Of a stretch of 64,000 bases of DNA, positions 41,307 to 54,676 are shown one piece after another. Both the position numbers and the translations under genes were made by a program. Numbering within the stretch: position 1 is the stretch's first letter; each line of letters starts with the position of its first letter. Below the pieces are notes generated by a model. That model searched no databases. It saw nothing but the letters and a program-made list of their open reading frames with translations, and was not told where the DNA came from. This stretch comes from the human T2T-CHM13v2.0 reference genome, Homo sapiens. The stretch lies in NCBI RefSeq assembly GCF_009914755.1, contig NC_060939.1; one strand, written 5' to 3'.

Positions 41307-41690
41307 ACCATGACAACTCGCTGAGTGTCAGCATCCCCCAACCGTCCCCGCTGAGGGTCCTCCTGGGGACCTCCCTCACCATCCCCTGCTATTTCATCGA
41401 CCCCATGCACCCTGTGACCACCGCCCCTTCTACCGCCCCACTGGCCCCAAGAATCAAGTGGAGCCGTGTGTCCAAGGAGAAGGAGGTAGTGCTGCTGGTG
41501 GCCACTGAAGGGCGCGTGCGGGTCAACAGTGCCTATCAGGACAAGGTCTCACTGCCCAACTACCCGGCCATCCCCAGTGACGCCACCTTGGAAGTCCAGA
41601 GCCTGCGCTCCAATGACTCTGGGGTCTACCGCTGCGAGGTGATGCATGGCATCGAGGACAGCGAGGCCACCCTGGAAGTCGTGGTGAAAG
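41307..41690 (+). CDS. ACAN: ACAN exon 3: G1 Ig-like A subdomain
   Basis: 384 nt; ACACAG|ACC ... AAAG|GTGAGA; encodes LTIPCYF...RIKW...DSGVYRCEV (ORF 41405..41818). Confidence 0.98.
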
Positions 41691-42655
41691 GTGAGAGCCT
41701 CCCACAGGGACAGACGCTGCTTCACCCACATAAAGAACCAGAGCAGTCTCCGCAGTGCAGGCGCAGGCAGGCTGGCCTTCAAACCAGCTCCTCCACGCAC
41801 CTCAGCCAAGTTACTTAACTTCAGCTGCTTCCTCTGTGACATGGAGCTGGTAATATCATTCTCTCTGGACTTAGGGAGCATTAAATACTTCCTGGCTGTG
41901 GTCACAGGTAACTGACAGTTTGTGCTTCCCAAGAATCCTGTGATCCGGTGGGTCTTGTGATCGTGCCCATTTTACAGACAAGCAAACTGAGGGCAAGTGA
42001 CTTGCCTGAGGTTACCCTGGAAATGAGTCAGAGCAGTCTCCTGACAGTTCATCCTGGTGTCTTTTCCCTCCCCCTCTCCACTCTTATTCTCAGTTCCAGA
42101 AGCCAAAGCAAGGGCTGAAGACTCCCTGGTCTCTTTCTCTCCATGGCCCAAGGAGAACAGTCAGGTCTTTGGTTAGCTTCAGGACTTTGGTCAACACCAG
42201 ATTTTTCCCAGGGGGAGGTACAGTGGGAGACTCTGTCAAAGACAGTTCACTCCTGGGCACACCTTAAATGAGGTTTCCACTAGGGTGGCCCTGGGCTGAG
42301 GGTGCAGGGCATTCTGAGTGTCTGTTTCTCTTAATGCAATATGGGGGTCTTGGAGTGATAAGAAAAAATTATAAGGAGGCAGATTTTAGTTTAATTCAAA
42401 GAACTTTCTCTTTATCAGTATTATCATAAGTCTTTAAAAAGGAATGCCTTATAAAGTAGTGAGCTCCCCATTACAGGGTGTTCCAGCAAATTCAGAAGGA
42501 TCACGTGCAAAGGTGTACAGGGAGTCATGCATCAGCCCAGACCAGCCAGTTCCCTAAGGTCCCTTTGACTATTGCCATAATTCTGCGAGGGCCTCGGTGA
42601 TCAGAGACTGTGCCTGACCAGCTCTTCCGCTTGTGGGCGTGTATGTGTCTTGCAG

Positions 42656-42830
42656 GCATCGTGTTCCATTACAGAGCCATCTCTACACGCTACACCCTCG
42701 ACTTTGACAGGGCGCAGCGGGCCTGCCTGCAGAACAGTGCCATCATTGCCACGCCTGAGCAGCTGCAGGCCGCCTACGAAGACGGCTTCCACCAGTGTGA
42801 CGCCGGCTGGCTGGCTGACCAGACTGTCAG
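42656..42830 (+). CDS. ACAN: ACAN exon 4: G1 Link module B, first part
   Basis: 175 nt; TGCAG|GC ... TCAG|GTGAGC; encodes GIVFHYRA...[12 protein letters not shown]. Confidence 0.98.
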
Positions 42831-43506
42831 GTGAGCCCTAGCCCATCAGCTAGTGGGGGCCAGGAGTCAGCAGCCACAGGGGAGTGGGGCGGGTGCTGGG
42901 TGGAACGTTGGCCAGCACTGAGCTGGTGCCAGCATGACACTGTGGCCAGCCTAGGTTAGAGGCCGTGGTCACACCTTGGCCAAACAGCAGCTCAATGACC
43001 CATCCCAAACCCTTGTTATTGTGATTCTCTCTTGCAAATGGGATGAGGGACTGCTAGCAACCTTGCCCTACATGTCATTATTTTTCCTACCCATTTTTTT
43101 CTTTGCCATGATTTCCTCACGTTTAAACTTTGGTGTCCTCTGTATTTTTATAAACAAACTTCCATCCTTTTTGTTTTTAATAAGGCAAGTTATAAATTGA
43201 ACCCCTTGGTACATCCTTCCCTGAGCGTAGTTGCTGAGGAGTGAGGTGCAGAGCAGTCCAGATAGACCCTGCCCTCAAGGGATCTCAATGCACTGTGAAG
43301 GCAAGATGATATCACCCATTTCAGGAGCATCATAGCTCCAACAGCCAAAAACACAAAGCCTCAGGAAGGAAAATGTCTTTGCAGTCTCGGGGTAGGAAAA
43401 CAGATCTTAGGATACAAAAACTATAGCCATAAAAAAAAAAAAAAGATGAGATAATAGTCTAGCATAGAGCAAGAGCCCACACCTGGGGGCATAAAGAACT
43501 GGACTC

Positions 43507-43808
<302 letters not shown>

Positions 43809-43954
43809 TCAAATTCCAGCTCTGGCACTTGGAAGCTGCGTGACTGTGGACAAATGATTTAACACCTCTGAGCCCCAGTTTCTTCAAGTGTAAAGTAGAT
43901 TGATGATAGCACCTACCTCACTGGGTTGACATGAGACTCAAATGATATAGAGTG

Positions 43955-44160
43955 AGGCCTAACAAACTATGGCCCAGAGGCCAAGTCCAACCCACCCCTT
44001 GCTTCTGTAAATAAAGTTTTATTGGGACACAGTCACACCCATTTGCATATCTGTGGGTGCTTCACGCTACAGTGGCAGTTGAGTGGTCACCACAGAGACT
44101 ATGCAAAACCTAAAATATTTACTATCTTGCCTTTTATAGAAAAAAATATGTGAGCCCCTG
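43955..44160. mobile_element. MER58A-like hAT fossil
   Basis: CAAACTATGGCCC...GTAAATAAAGTTTTATTGG.ACACAG.CAC...AA.CCTAAAATATTTACTATCT. Confidence 0.75.
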
Positions 44161-44383
44161 ATAGAGAAAGTGTGTTTTGTACCACTAAATATTCAGTAGT
44201 GGGGGCTGCCTTTAATCATGATTCACTGTAAAAACAGATAGGCAGTTGACATATTCAGAAGAGACATTGTCAAATGCAATATTAAGTTGCTGTTTCCTCC
44301 CACGGGAGGAGGATTCAAAGGCAGAGGCCATGGGCTTCCCTTTGTCCCCTGAGTGTCACACCTCCATTTCGGGTTCCTGGCAG

Positions 44384-44511
44384 ATACCCCATCCACACTC
44401 CCCGGGAAGGCTGCTATGGAGACAAGGATGAGTTTCCTGGTGTGAGGACGTATGGCATCCGAGACACCAACGAGACCTATGATGTGTACTGCTTCGCCGA
44501 GGAGATGGAGG
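44384..44511 (+). CDS. ACAN: ACAN exon 5: G1 Link module B, second part
   Basis: 128 nt; GGCAG|ATAC ... GAGG|GTGAGC; encodes [13 protein letters not shown]...[11 protein letters not shown]. Confidence 0.98.
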
Positions 44512-45997
44512 GTGAGCTGCCCTGCCCACCAGGAGGCACCCAGCTCCCTTCCCAAGGCCACCTTCCCCTCCCCATCTCCCCACTGACACCTGAGATCACA
44601 CAGGCTGCCAGCTCAGGGCCTGACACACTCTGTCCTCCTCTGCCATGAAGGGAGGTGGGCTGAGGCCTACAGGTCTGCACCCCTCGCACTCCACTTTGGA
44701 GAGGGTCTCAGTGGCCCCAACATCTGCAAAATGTCTGATGTCGCCACTGGACCCAAGAGCACATGTCACAGGAGGTTTCTCACCTGGGATTGCCCCTCCC
44801 AGCTGAGACCCTGGCTGCTGTGACAAGCACATCCCTGTTCTAAGGTCCACCATGCTGTCAAAGTCCAGCCCAGCCTTACCCTCGCAAGCGACACTACACC
44901 TGCAACAAAGCTCCCAGGGCAGCTGGCCACCCAGCCACCCTCTCCCAGAGTCCCTGTGGGCAGCCCCAGCTCTGTTCTTGGACAGAGCTGGGGGCAGTGG
45001 AGAGGAACCTGGGCTTTTTCTGTTTTGTAAAGGGCACCAGTTTTAGTCACAGAGTTACCCACGCACGTGGATGACACCCTTTCCCCCATCTGCACCCATA
45101 TATTCCTTTGTACTTTCCAGACTCTGCAATGTCTATCTCCTCCCTCCCTGCCCATCCCCCCTCCCCCCTACCTGAGCACAGTGCCCACAGCTCCTCCAGG
45201 CTGGGGAGAAGAGCTGACAACTGGCACTTTCTGGGTGAGGGGCCCCGGCCAGGCTTTCTCACCATCGTAGGCCCCCTGCCGCATTCCCACCCCAGGGGGC
45301 AAACCTGCCTATTAGGTAACAAGTTATTTGTGTGTTCCCACATTTGGCTAACCAAAGACAAATAGAACTGCCAGTTAGAGCTGCCACTGAGCAGGGGTAG
45401 CCAGAACCACCCCTGTGAGTGGATGCCGTCCGCCCCCACCCTTACCCCTTACCCTTACCCCTGACACAACCTTGTTAGATTTTGGGAAATTTTTTTTAAG
45501 CTCATGGTCCTCGAATGATGCTCTTACGGACTCTTCAGGGTCTAGAGACCCCAGTTTGGGAACCACTGCTCCAAGGGCTCAAGGTCTGATGCCTGCTTTT
45601 CCCAGGAAAATTTGAGGTTTTTAAAAGGATTTGCCTTGAGTAGGCAATGCTTAACTCCTAGGAAAGATCCCCCTGTGGTGGAATGCAAATGGGGCAAAGA
45701 GGCTTTTGAGCAGAATTTTCCTCCCAGATTTCAAGTTTGCTCCACCCTTTGCCCAATCTCCCTGCCACTTTTGCTGCTTCTTTCTTGGTCCCCTTGTTTT
45801 AGGAAATTGATGTCATCCTACACAAAAGCCCAGAAATAAGCAATGAAGGGCAAGATCTGAGATGCAGACATATGGGACCAGGACTTTGGGAAGTTAAAGG
45901 ACTCCCAAGACCTCGTGGAAAAGTGTGGATCTCTCTGGGGATGCAGAGCAGGGGGAGGGGGAGAAGACCCTTACCCAGCTGGCTGTGTCCTTCACAG

Positions 45998-46291
45998 GTG
46001 AGGTCTTTTATGCAACATCTCCAGAGAAGTTCACCTTCCAGGAAGCAGCCAATGAGTGCCGGCGGCTGGGTGCCCGGCTGGCCACCACGGGCCAGCTCTA
46101 CCTGGCCTGGCAGGCTGGCATGGACATGTGCAGCGCCGGCTGGCTGGCCGACCGCAGCGTGCGCTACCCCATCTCCAAGGCCCGGCCCAACTGCGGTGGC
46201 AACCTCCTGGGCGTGAGGACCGTCTACGTGCATGCCAACCAGACGGGCTACCCCGACCCCTCATCCCGCTACGACGCCATCTGCTACACAG
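45998..46291 (+). CDS. ACAN: ACAN exon 6: G1 Link module B'
   Basis: 294 nt; CACAG|GTGAG ... ACAG|GTGGGG; encodes GEVFYATSPEKFTF...YDAICYT. Confidence 0.98.
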
Positions 46292-46762
46292 GTGGGGCAC
46301 GGCTGGTGGTGGGAAGGGAGTTCATGCCACTAAAATGGGGTCCTAGAGGGAAGAGGGGATCTTGGAAAGGGAGGGTTGGTTTTTGCCCTTGAAGGGGCCA
46401 CGGGGTACCTGAACCCCATGTTTTTAGGACACCCCTCCATTTTCACTGGTTCCTAGGAAGCCCTAAGGTAGAGACTCTTGAGACTGCAGCGTATCTAGCT
46501 CTGTCTCATCGGATCAGCACAGACGAGGCTTAAAAACCTCCAAACTGTTTTCTCCAGTTTGAATCAAAGCTCTGTCACCTACTACTGTGCAACCCTGGCA
46601 AAGTCAAGGCTGTGAACCTCACTCTTCTCATCTGTCTAGTGAGGAGATGGGGTGCCCGCCTGCAAAGACGTTGGGGGTCTGACATGTGACCCTGGCACCC
46701 ATGGGAGGGTGCTGCTATCTGCCTTTTTAAATTGAATATGTCTAAAAGGAGGGTCAAAATGG

Positions 46763-47373
<611 letters not shown>

Positions 47374-48147
47374 TAGACCAAAATGTTCAAATAAGTTTTT
47401 ATCTTACATTTAACACATTTTGGGTTATAATTATAATTACATGCTAATTCTTGGAGGAAAAAACAATGCCTCACATGAATGAGGAGTTGCAAAACTTTTA
47501 TGTACTAAGTGGTGATAACACAATGACAACTCATTACACGTTTCATTTCCACAACCTGATCTTACAGGAAGAGGGTTAATAGCTGGGATTTCCCCCTCGA
47601 AGCCTCTCTTAACCTTTTGGTATTCTAACCACTCTTTTGGAAGTAGTATCACTCTCATGGTACCCTCATTTTTCCATGACTATGAGACAGGCAGTTCTCC
47701 AAAGCCACCTTCATCAACTTCACAAACTGCACTTTCTGCAAGATTTTCTGATTTCTCCTTATAACTGACTTACCTGGTCCTGTTGGATAGTTACAGCATC
47801 AGATGGTTGGTAAGGTGCTCATGAGACGAGTGAAGCAGCAGCTGTGTTGAGCAGGAAGGGCTGTTGGGGTGGGAACTGATCTTTATGAGCCGTCAGCTCA
47901 TTGGTCAATATCTTGCCCTCTGATAGCTCTTGCACTCTTGCAATCTTGAAACTGTGGGGACTCCTACAATGAATGCCGATAGCTGAGTACCCCTGAAATG
48001 GGCTTGGCAAGGTGCCTGGCACACAGTGGTGCCCTCCTGCCCCAGCAGGGAAGGAGGGGGAGCCATGCTCATCTCCAGCCCACTCCTCATCCCCCTCAAG
48101 CCGGTCCCAGGCTGAGAGGCTAAAGCTTGTCTTTGCCCCTCCCCTAG

Positions 48148-48525
48148 GTGAAGACTTTGTGGACATCCCAGAAAACTTCTTTGGAGTGGGGGGTGAGGAG
48201 GACATCACCGTCCAGACAGTGACCTGGCCTGACATGGAGCTGCCACTGCCTCGAAACATCACTGAGGGTGAAGCCCGAGGCAGCGTGATCCTTACCGTAA
48301 AGCCCATCTTCGAGGTCTCCCCCAGTCCCCTGGAACCCGAGGAGCCCTTCACGTTTGCCCCTGAAATAGGGGCCACTGCCTTCGCTGAGGTTGAGAATGA
48401 GACTGGAGAGGCCACCAGGCCCTGGGGCTTTCCCACACCTGGCCTGGGCCCTGCCACGGCATTCACCAGTGAGGACCTCGTCGTGCAGGTGACCGCTGTC
48501 CCTGGGCAGCCGCATTTGCCAGGGG
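48148..48525 (+). CDS. ACAN: ACAN exon 7: interglobular domain with MMP (VDIPEN/FFG, 48159-48185) and aggrecanase (NITEGE/ARGSV, 48255-48287) sites
   Basis: 378 nt; CCTAG|GTGAAG ... GGGG|GTAAGT; both established cleavage motifs appear in the translation. Confidence 0.98.
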
Positions 48526-48944
48526 GTAAGTAGCTGCCCGTGGGTGCATCCAGGGGCAGGTGGAGAGAACTTGGCCTGCAGGGAAGGGATTCCCGCAGTT
48601 GAAGGCTGTACCTTCTACTTAACCTGGCACGTGGGACAATGTTCTCTCCTCTCAGACCTTATTCTCCTCATCTGTGGAACAAAAACAATAGGCCAGACTA
48701 GTCAGGTCCACACTCTTGCCACCAGGGATTTATTTCAAATGAGGTCATATGTGGAATCCAGTCTCTGTATCAAGCAGGCACATGTGCCACATAGTTCTAA
48801 GGGAAGTAGCGTGGAGAACAACTGGGCTCCTTCTGTCCAGGGCCCCTCCTTGCCCCATCAGACACCCCAACAAAACAGAGCCACTAGAAAACCACTGCCT
48901 TGGATGACCCCTGAGGCCTCTCACTGCTCTGACCTCCCAGGACA

Positions 48945-49545
48945 AAGGCCAGCAAACTGTGGCCAGTGGGCTGGGTTTAGCTGTTCTCATATGGCCCATG
49001 ACTTAAGAATGATTTTTACATTCTTAAATAGTTAGGGGCAAAAAGTCAAAAGAAAAATAATATTTTGTGACACATGAAAATTATATAAAATTCAAATTTC
49101 AATGTCCACAAATAAAGTTTGATTGGAACAAAGCCATAGCCATCTGTGGACAAGTTGTCTATGACTAACTGAGGACAATCACAGCGAGGTTGAATACAGT
49201 CAGTCTTTCATGTCTGGATTCAACCAACCGTAGATGGAAAATATTCCAAAAGAAAAGAAACAATAACAACAATACAACAATAAAAGTAATACAGATTTAA
49301 AACAATACAATATAACCACTACTTACATAGCATTGACGTTGTATCAGGTTTTATAGGTAATCTAGAGATGCTTTTATACAAATACTACACTTGTATATCA
49401 GGGACTTGAGACTCTGCAGATTTTGGTATCTGAGGAGATCCTGGATCCCGAAGGATAACTGTAGTTGTAACAGAAGCCACATAGCCCACAAAGCCTAAAA
49501 TATTTACCATTCGGCTCTTTCCAGAAAACGCTTCCAACTCCTGTT
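48945..49545. mobile_element. MER58B-like element interrupted by a MER2-like element at 49197-49461
   Basis: MER58-type ends; inner element CAGT...ACTG flanked by TA at 49195-49196 and 49462-49463. Confidence 0.7.
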
Positions 49546-49885
49546 CTAAGATGACAGTGTTCTAGGTGCTTAATACATGTGTGAAAATGGGATGTCAGGT
49601 AGCATAGAGCCCAGTGCTTCCCAAACTCAAGTCTATGAACAAGGACATTCTGGTGTGGCCTTGTTCCGTAATGGCCTTGGTGGGGTTCCCACGCAGGGGA
49701 GGGGCAGATGGACGCTGCCATCCACCATCACACCCACGTGGCTACCAAGTGGGATTTCAGCCTGCATTGCCCAGATAAATCCAATATGTCAGGCAGCAGG
49801 AGTTGGCCCCCCTCTGTGCCCATGGAGCCTTGGAAGCTGCACACCGTGGGTCCCTGAACCTGACCGCTCCCTCCTCCCCACCCAG

Positions 49886-50060
49886 GGGTCGTCTTCCACT
49901 ACCGCCCGGGACCCACCCGCTACTCGCTGACCTTTGAGGAGGCACAGCAGGCCTGCCTGCGCACGGGGGCGGTCATTGCCTCGCCGGAGCAGCTCCAGGC
50001 CGCCTACGAAGCAGGCTATGAGCAGTGTGACGCCGGCTGGCTGCGGGACCAGACCGTCAG
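49886..50060 (+). CDS. ACAN: ACAN exon 8: G2 Link module B, first part
   Basis: 175 nt; CCCAG|GG ... TCAG|GTGAAG; encodes VVFHYRPG...[12 protein letters not shown]; paralogous to exon 4. Confidence 0.97.
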
Positions 50061-50553
50061 GTGAAGCCATGCTCCTCGCCCAGCCCAAACCCAATTGAAG
50101 AGGTCAGGCTTAAGGAGCCACAGCCTGACACCGCCCCCAGCACACTGAGCACCCAATACCTTGTGGGTTAATGAATGAATTAGTGACTCAACTGAGGCAT
50201 ATCCCGAAAGGGTGGTGAAGGGCACCGAGTAATGTTCAGTTCTTGGTCATTTCTCCCCATCAGACAGAGGCAGCAGCCCCCTCCTCAAGTGCCCCGTTCC
50301 CCTCCAGCCTGACCCAGTGCCCTTCCATGCAGCTGCTCTCTCCTGAAGCCAGAAATCCCCCAGGAGCCACCAGATCCTTCCCCCAGGCTGCTCAGAGAAC
50401 TTGCTGCATAAGGGGCTTTTTCCTGGTTTGAATACCACCAGACAACTGAAGACATCTCCAAGTCCCTGAGTAGCCTCTGGCCTCAGCCCAGGGCCGTGCA
50501 TCTACCAGCCCCTGGAACAGGCCTTCATCTTCTCCTCCCACTCTCCTTTGCAG

Positions 50554-50681
50554 ATACCCCATTGTGAGCCCCCGGACCCCATGCGTGGGTGACAAGGACA
50601 GCAGCCCAGGGGTCAGGACCTATGGCGTGCGCCCATCAACAGAGACCTACGATGTCTACTGCTTTGTAGACAGACTTGAGG
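50554..50681 (+). CDS. ACAN: ACAN exon 9: G2 Link module B, second part
   Basis: 128 nt; TGCAG|ATAC ... GAGG|GTACAA; encodes [13 protein letters not shown]...[11 protein letters not shown]. Confidence 0.97.
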
Positions 50682-51077
50682 GTACAAGCCACATTCTCAC
50701 ATTTCGGGCCCTAGATGGGCAGGGGGTGGGCAGGGAGCTGACAGGGCGATACAAAGAAGAGAGGGGGTTACCACCCACCCACCCCTGATTCCACCCAGCT
50801 TTCCAGGTGGGAAAGGGTCCTGCTGAAAAAGGAAGGCCCCCAGCCCCTCCCTCAGATCTAGTGCCTGCTCTCCTACTGAATGTTTCATGTGGTCTCCTCC
50901 AGCATTGCAGGGGAGCATCAGTCCCTTTAAAAAGCAATGAGGTCTGTGGGTAAATCTCAGTTTATTATAAATAAACGCTATATACACCAACTCCTTCTTG
51001 GAGAGTCCCAATGCCTGGGCACAAATCAAAGGCACTGAGAAGTCCTGCAGTAAAAACAAAAACAAAAAACCTTTTTA

Positions 51078-51230
51078 GGCTGGGCACAGTGGCTCACACC
51101 TGTAATCCCAGCACTTTGAGAGGCAGAGGTGCCTCAATGTGAGTTGATTGCTCTAGCCCAGGAGTTCGAGACCAGCCTGGGCAACATGGCCAAATCCGGT
51201 CTCTACTTATTTAAAAAGAAAGAAAAAGAA
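51078..51230 (+). mobile_element. Alu left monomer (FLAM-like)
   Basis: Single Alu arm followed by an A-rich tail. Confidence 0.85.
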
Positions 51231-52080
51231 AAACTTCCTTAACTCTCTTTAACTCAGCATTGCCCAATTTTTAACCACAGACCTTTATTTTGTTTTATTT
51301 CATTTCTTTTAATTTCCATGAAAATTACCAAATTTCCACTGAACGCAATTTTGGAAATGCTGGTGTTCCAGAAAGATTTCGGCATTGCCACTCACTCGTT
51401 TCAAGACCCTGGGCAAGTCACTTAACCTCTCTAGGCCTCAGCTCCTTCATCTATAAAATGGGGCTGATTTATATGTACATCAGAGGTTTTTTTGAGTATT
51501 AAATGAGATATGTATGAAAAGTTCTTGGCACAAGTAGGTGTTCAGTAAGTGTAAGCCCTCCTCCCCCTAAACCGGATAGGTATCAGGTACATCGCTAGGT
51601 GCTGGGACCCAGCCCCTGCCCTGGATGAGTTCCCAGGGTGTGGGGTGAGCACGTCCACAGCAGTCACAGTGATAAGTGCAGTGGTGTAGGGGTGCAAAGG
51701 GATTGGAGGGGGCCCAGGCGAGCTGCCTCGCTTAGCCAAGGGAGGGGGTGCCTAAGTGTGAGTGGAGAATCCAGAAAAGAGGGACGGAGGAGAAGTTGTT
51801 GTGGAAACAACTCAGCCCAGTTTTACGGGAATTTTGCCTTTTTTGGCACCGAAAGTCCTATGTACCGGGAAACCCCAGTCCAGTACAAACCAGAGCGGTG
51901 GTCACCTATTTCCCAGGGTCCCAGAAAATCTAAGGGGGAGTGGTCAAAAAAGGGGTGATGGAGCTGGGCTGGGTCTTAGCCCTGGTGAGGAGGGTTAGAG
52001 GAACTCTGTCCTGGGTGGGCAGGGATGGACCTGGCCTGAGTGTGGGGGGGTCATATTCTACCCCTTGCCTCTGCCCCCAG

Positions 52081-52374
52081 GGGAGGTGTTCTTCGCCACA
52101 CGCCTTGAGCAGTTCACCTTCCAGGAAGCACTGGAGTTCTGTGAATCTCACAATGCCACGCTGGCCACCACGGGCCAGCTCTACGCCGCCTGGAGCCGCG
52201 GCCTGGACAAGTGCTATGCCGGCTGGCTGGCCGACGGCAGCCTCCGCTACCCCATCGTCACCCCAAGGCCTGCCTGCGGTGGGGACAAGCCAGGCGTGAG
52301 AACGGTCTACCTCTACCCTAACCAGACGGGCCTCCCAGACCCACTGTCCCGGCACCATGCCTTCTGCTTCCGAG
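52081..52374 (+). CDS. ACAN: ACAN exon 10: G2 Link module B'
   Basis: 294 nt; CCCAG|GG ... CGAG|GTATGC; encodes GEVFFATRLEQF...HHAFCFR. Confidence 0.98.
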
Positions 52375-53300
52375 GTATGCAGCCTCACTTCGGCTCCAAC
52401 AGCCCCTTTTGTCTGGAGAGGACCCCACTGGGTTCACCGGATCCTGCCACCACCCAGTATCCCATCCATCAGAGCAAGAAAATGTCAGTCCCTCTGGGGC
52501 AGAGCCAGCTCTGAAACCAGCACAACGCAGGCTTTGACCCCAAGGCAAGGTCATCCTTCTAAAGTTCCCCAGAGACAAGTAGAGATAAATAAGAACTTGA
52601 GCTGGTATTTATGTCTACTAGAAATGAAGCAGACCTGAATTTGAGTTATGGCTCTGCTACTTAATAGCTGTGTGAAAATGGAGATATAATGGTTCCTACT
52701 TCAGAGAGAGCTGCAAGAATTAATTAAGTGCACGTGGTGCCCTTGGCATAGTGCCTGGGACACAGTAAATGCTCAATAAATGTTAGCTTTATTTCATATA
52801 CATATCTATATGTAAAGCTGTAATATATAGCTTTATTTTGTACAACCTGTAATTTGTACACTCTTGTCAAATTCTCTCCTGCTTGCAAATATTTTTGTGA
52901 TGAGTTTAGTCAAATTATTCTATTATTCTTCACTAAGCACTGGTGGTTCAAGTTTTTCGTTGACCTATGCTATGGATATGCTACCATTTCAACCATCACT
53001 CCCCACTGGACTTCTGAGAGTGATGTCATCAAGCAATATAGTAAGCATGGCCAGGGCATAGCCACGGAATTGCTGGGCTCTGGATGAGTTCCTGCAGAGT
53101 CCATGGAGGGTCTGGGTGCATGGACCAGAATGTAGATTGTAATAACAGCCTGTGCCATGTTTTATAGTTTACATCAAAACTGAGTGTCTTTGCAACTTCC
53201 TGTGAATCTAGAATTATTCTCAAATAAACTTAAGGGGAAAAAACTTGAGTGTCCCCAAGTTTCCCAGACATCCAGGGTCACCTTTTAAAACCCAATTCAA

Positions 53301-53604
53301 GGCCAGGAGCAGTGGCTTACGCCTGTAATCCCAGCACTTTGGGAGGCCAAGGCAGGCAGATCACTTGAGGTTAGGAGTTCGAGATCAGCCTGGCCAACAT
53401 GGTGAAACCCTGTCTCTACTAAAAAAAAGTGCAAAAATTAGCCTAGTTTGGTGGTGTGTACCTGTAATCCCAGCTACTAGGGAGGCTGAGGCAGGAGAAT
53501 CACCTCAACCCAGGAGGCGGAGGTTGCAGTGAGCCGAGATTATTCTGCTCTACTCCAGCCTGGGCAGCAGAGCAAGACTCTGTCTCAAAAAAAAAAAAAA
53601 AAAA
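53301..53604 (+). mobile_element. Alu (S-type)
   Basis: Full dimer with A tail; AATTCAA on both sides. Confidence 0.93.
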
Positions 53605-54436
53605 TTCAAAGTTCAGCCAGCCTCAATAAGTCAAGTCCAATTCTCTCCCAGAGGCTTTGATGAGGCTCTTGTCCCAGTGCCCCTTCCCTGCTCTGGGAAG
53701 CAGAAACCAAGCCAGTTAACCTCCCAGAAATTTCCCAGCCATGCTGCCCCCAGCCTCCCACCCCTGACCCTCCGTGAACTCAGCCTTGTGTATTATCCTG
53801 CACAGTTCAGCTTCCTTGCTGACCAAGCCCACTGCTGGTTTCCCCCACACCAGTACAGTTACCCCCAGCCCATGAATCCTGCCTTCACGCTTTCAAATGC
53901 CGAGATGGTTTCATGGAATTGAGTACCATCCTCCTATTTTTGGTCGTGACACACTTGGAACATAATCCCTGTCCCCCAAGGTTGTTCAGTAGTTGAGAGC
54001 GTGGAGTCTGGTACCAGATGCTTAAATTCAAAGACTAGATCTGACATTTGTAAGCCATTGACTCTGGGCAAATCATGTAACTCTGTGCCTCAGTTTCCCC
54101 ATCTGTAAAATGAGATAATCATATCTCTCTCATAAAGCTGTTGTGAGATAAAGTGATTTTAGATACACAAGGCTTTAGAGCAATGCCCGGCATATATGGT
54201 CAATTCTGCAGGGGAGATGCCCCAGATCACTGGAACTAAAGTGCTGATGGTGCATATGGATATTATATCATTGGTGCCGATGGCTCTTACTAAGCGAGAA
54301 GGCAAACAGCCATCTGCTGAACTAGGAGGTGGGGCCTGGCCACCTCAGAGTCCCCTAGCTCCCCTCAAGAAGGGCCAGCCAAGGACGGGTCACTGGTAAG
54401 AGAGGGACTCACTCTGACCACCCACATCTCCTTTAG

Positions 54437-54676
54437 GCATTTCAGCGGTTCCTTCTCCAGGAGAAGAAGAGGGTGGCACACCCACATCACCCTCTGGTGT
54501 GGAGGAGTGGATCGTGACCCAAGTGGTTCCTGGTGTGGCTGCTGTCCCCGTAGAAGAGGAGACAACTGCTGTACCCTCAGGGGAGACTACTGCCATCCTA
54601 GAGTTCACCACCGAGCCAGAAAACCAGACAGAATGGGAACCAGCCTATACCCCAGTGGGCACATCCCCGCTGCCAG
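54437..54676 (+). CDS. ACAN: ACAN exon 11: first keratan-sulfate region
   Basis: 240 nt; CTTTAG|GC ... CCAG|GTTGGT; encodes ISAVPSPGEEEGG...VGTSPLP. Confidence 0.96.

Noticed and set aside
45439-45463. Telomere-like CCCTTA/CCCTAA runs (also near 55004-55026)
   Set aside because: Only 3-4 degenerate units; too short to call an interstitial telomeric repeat.
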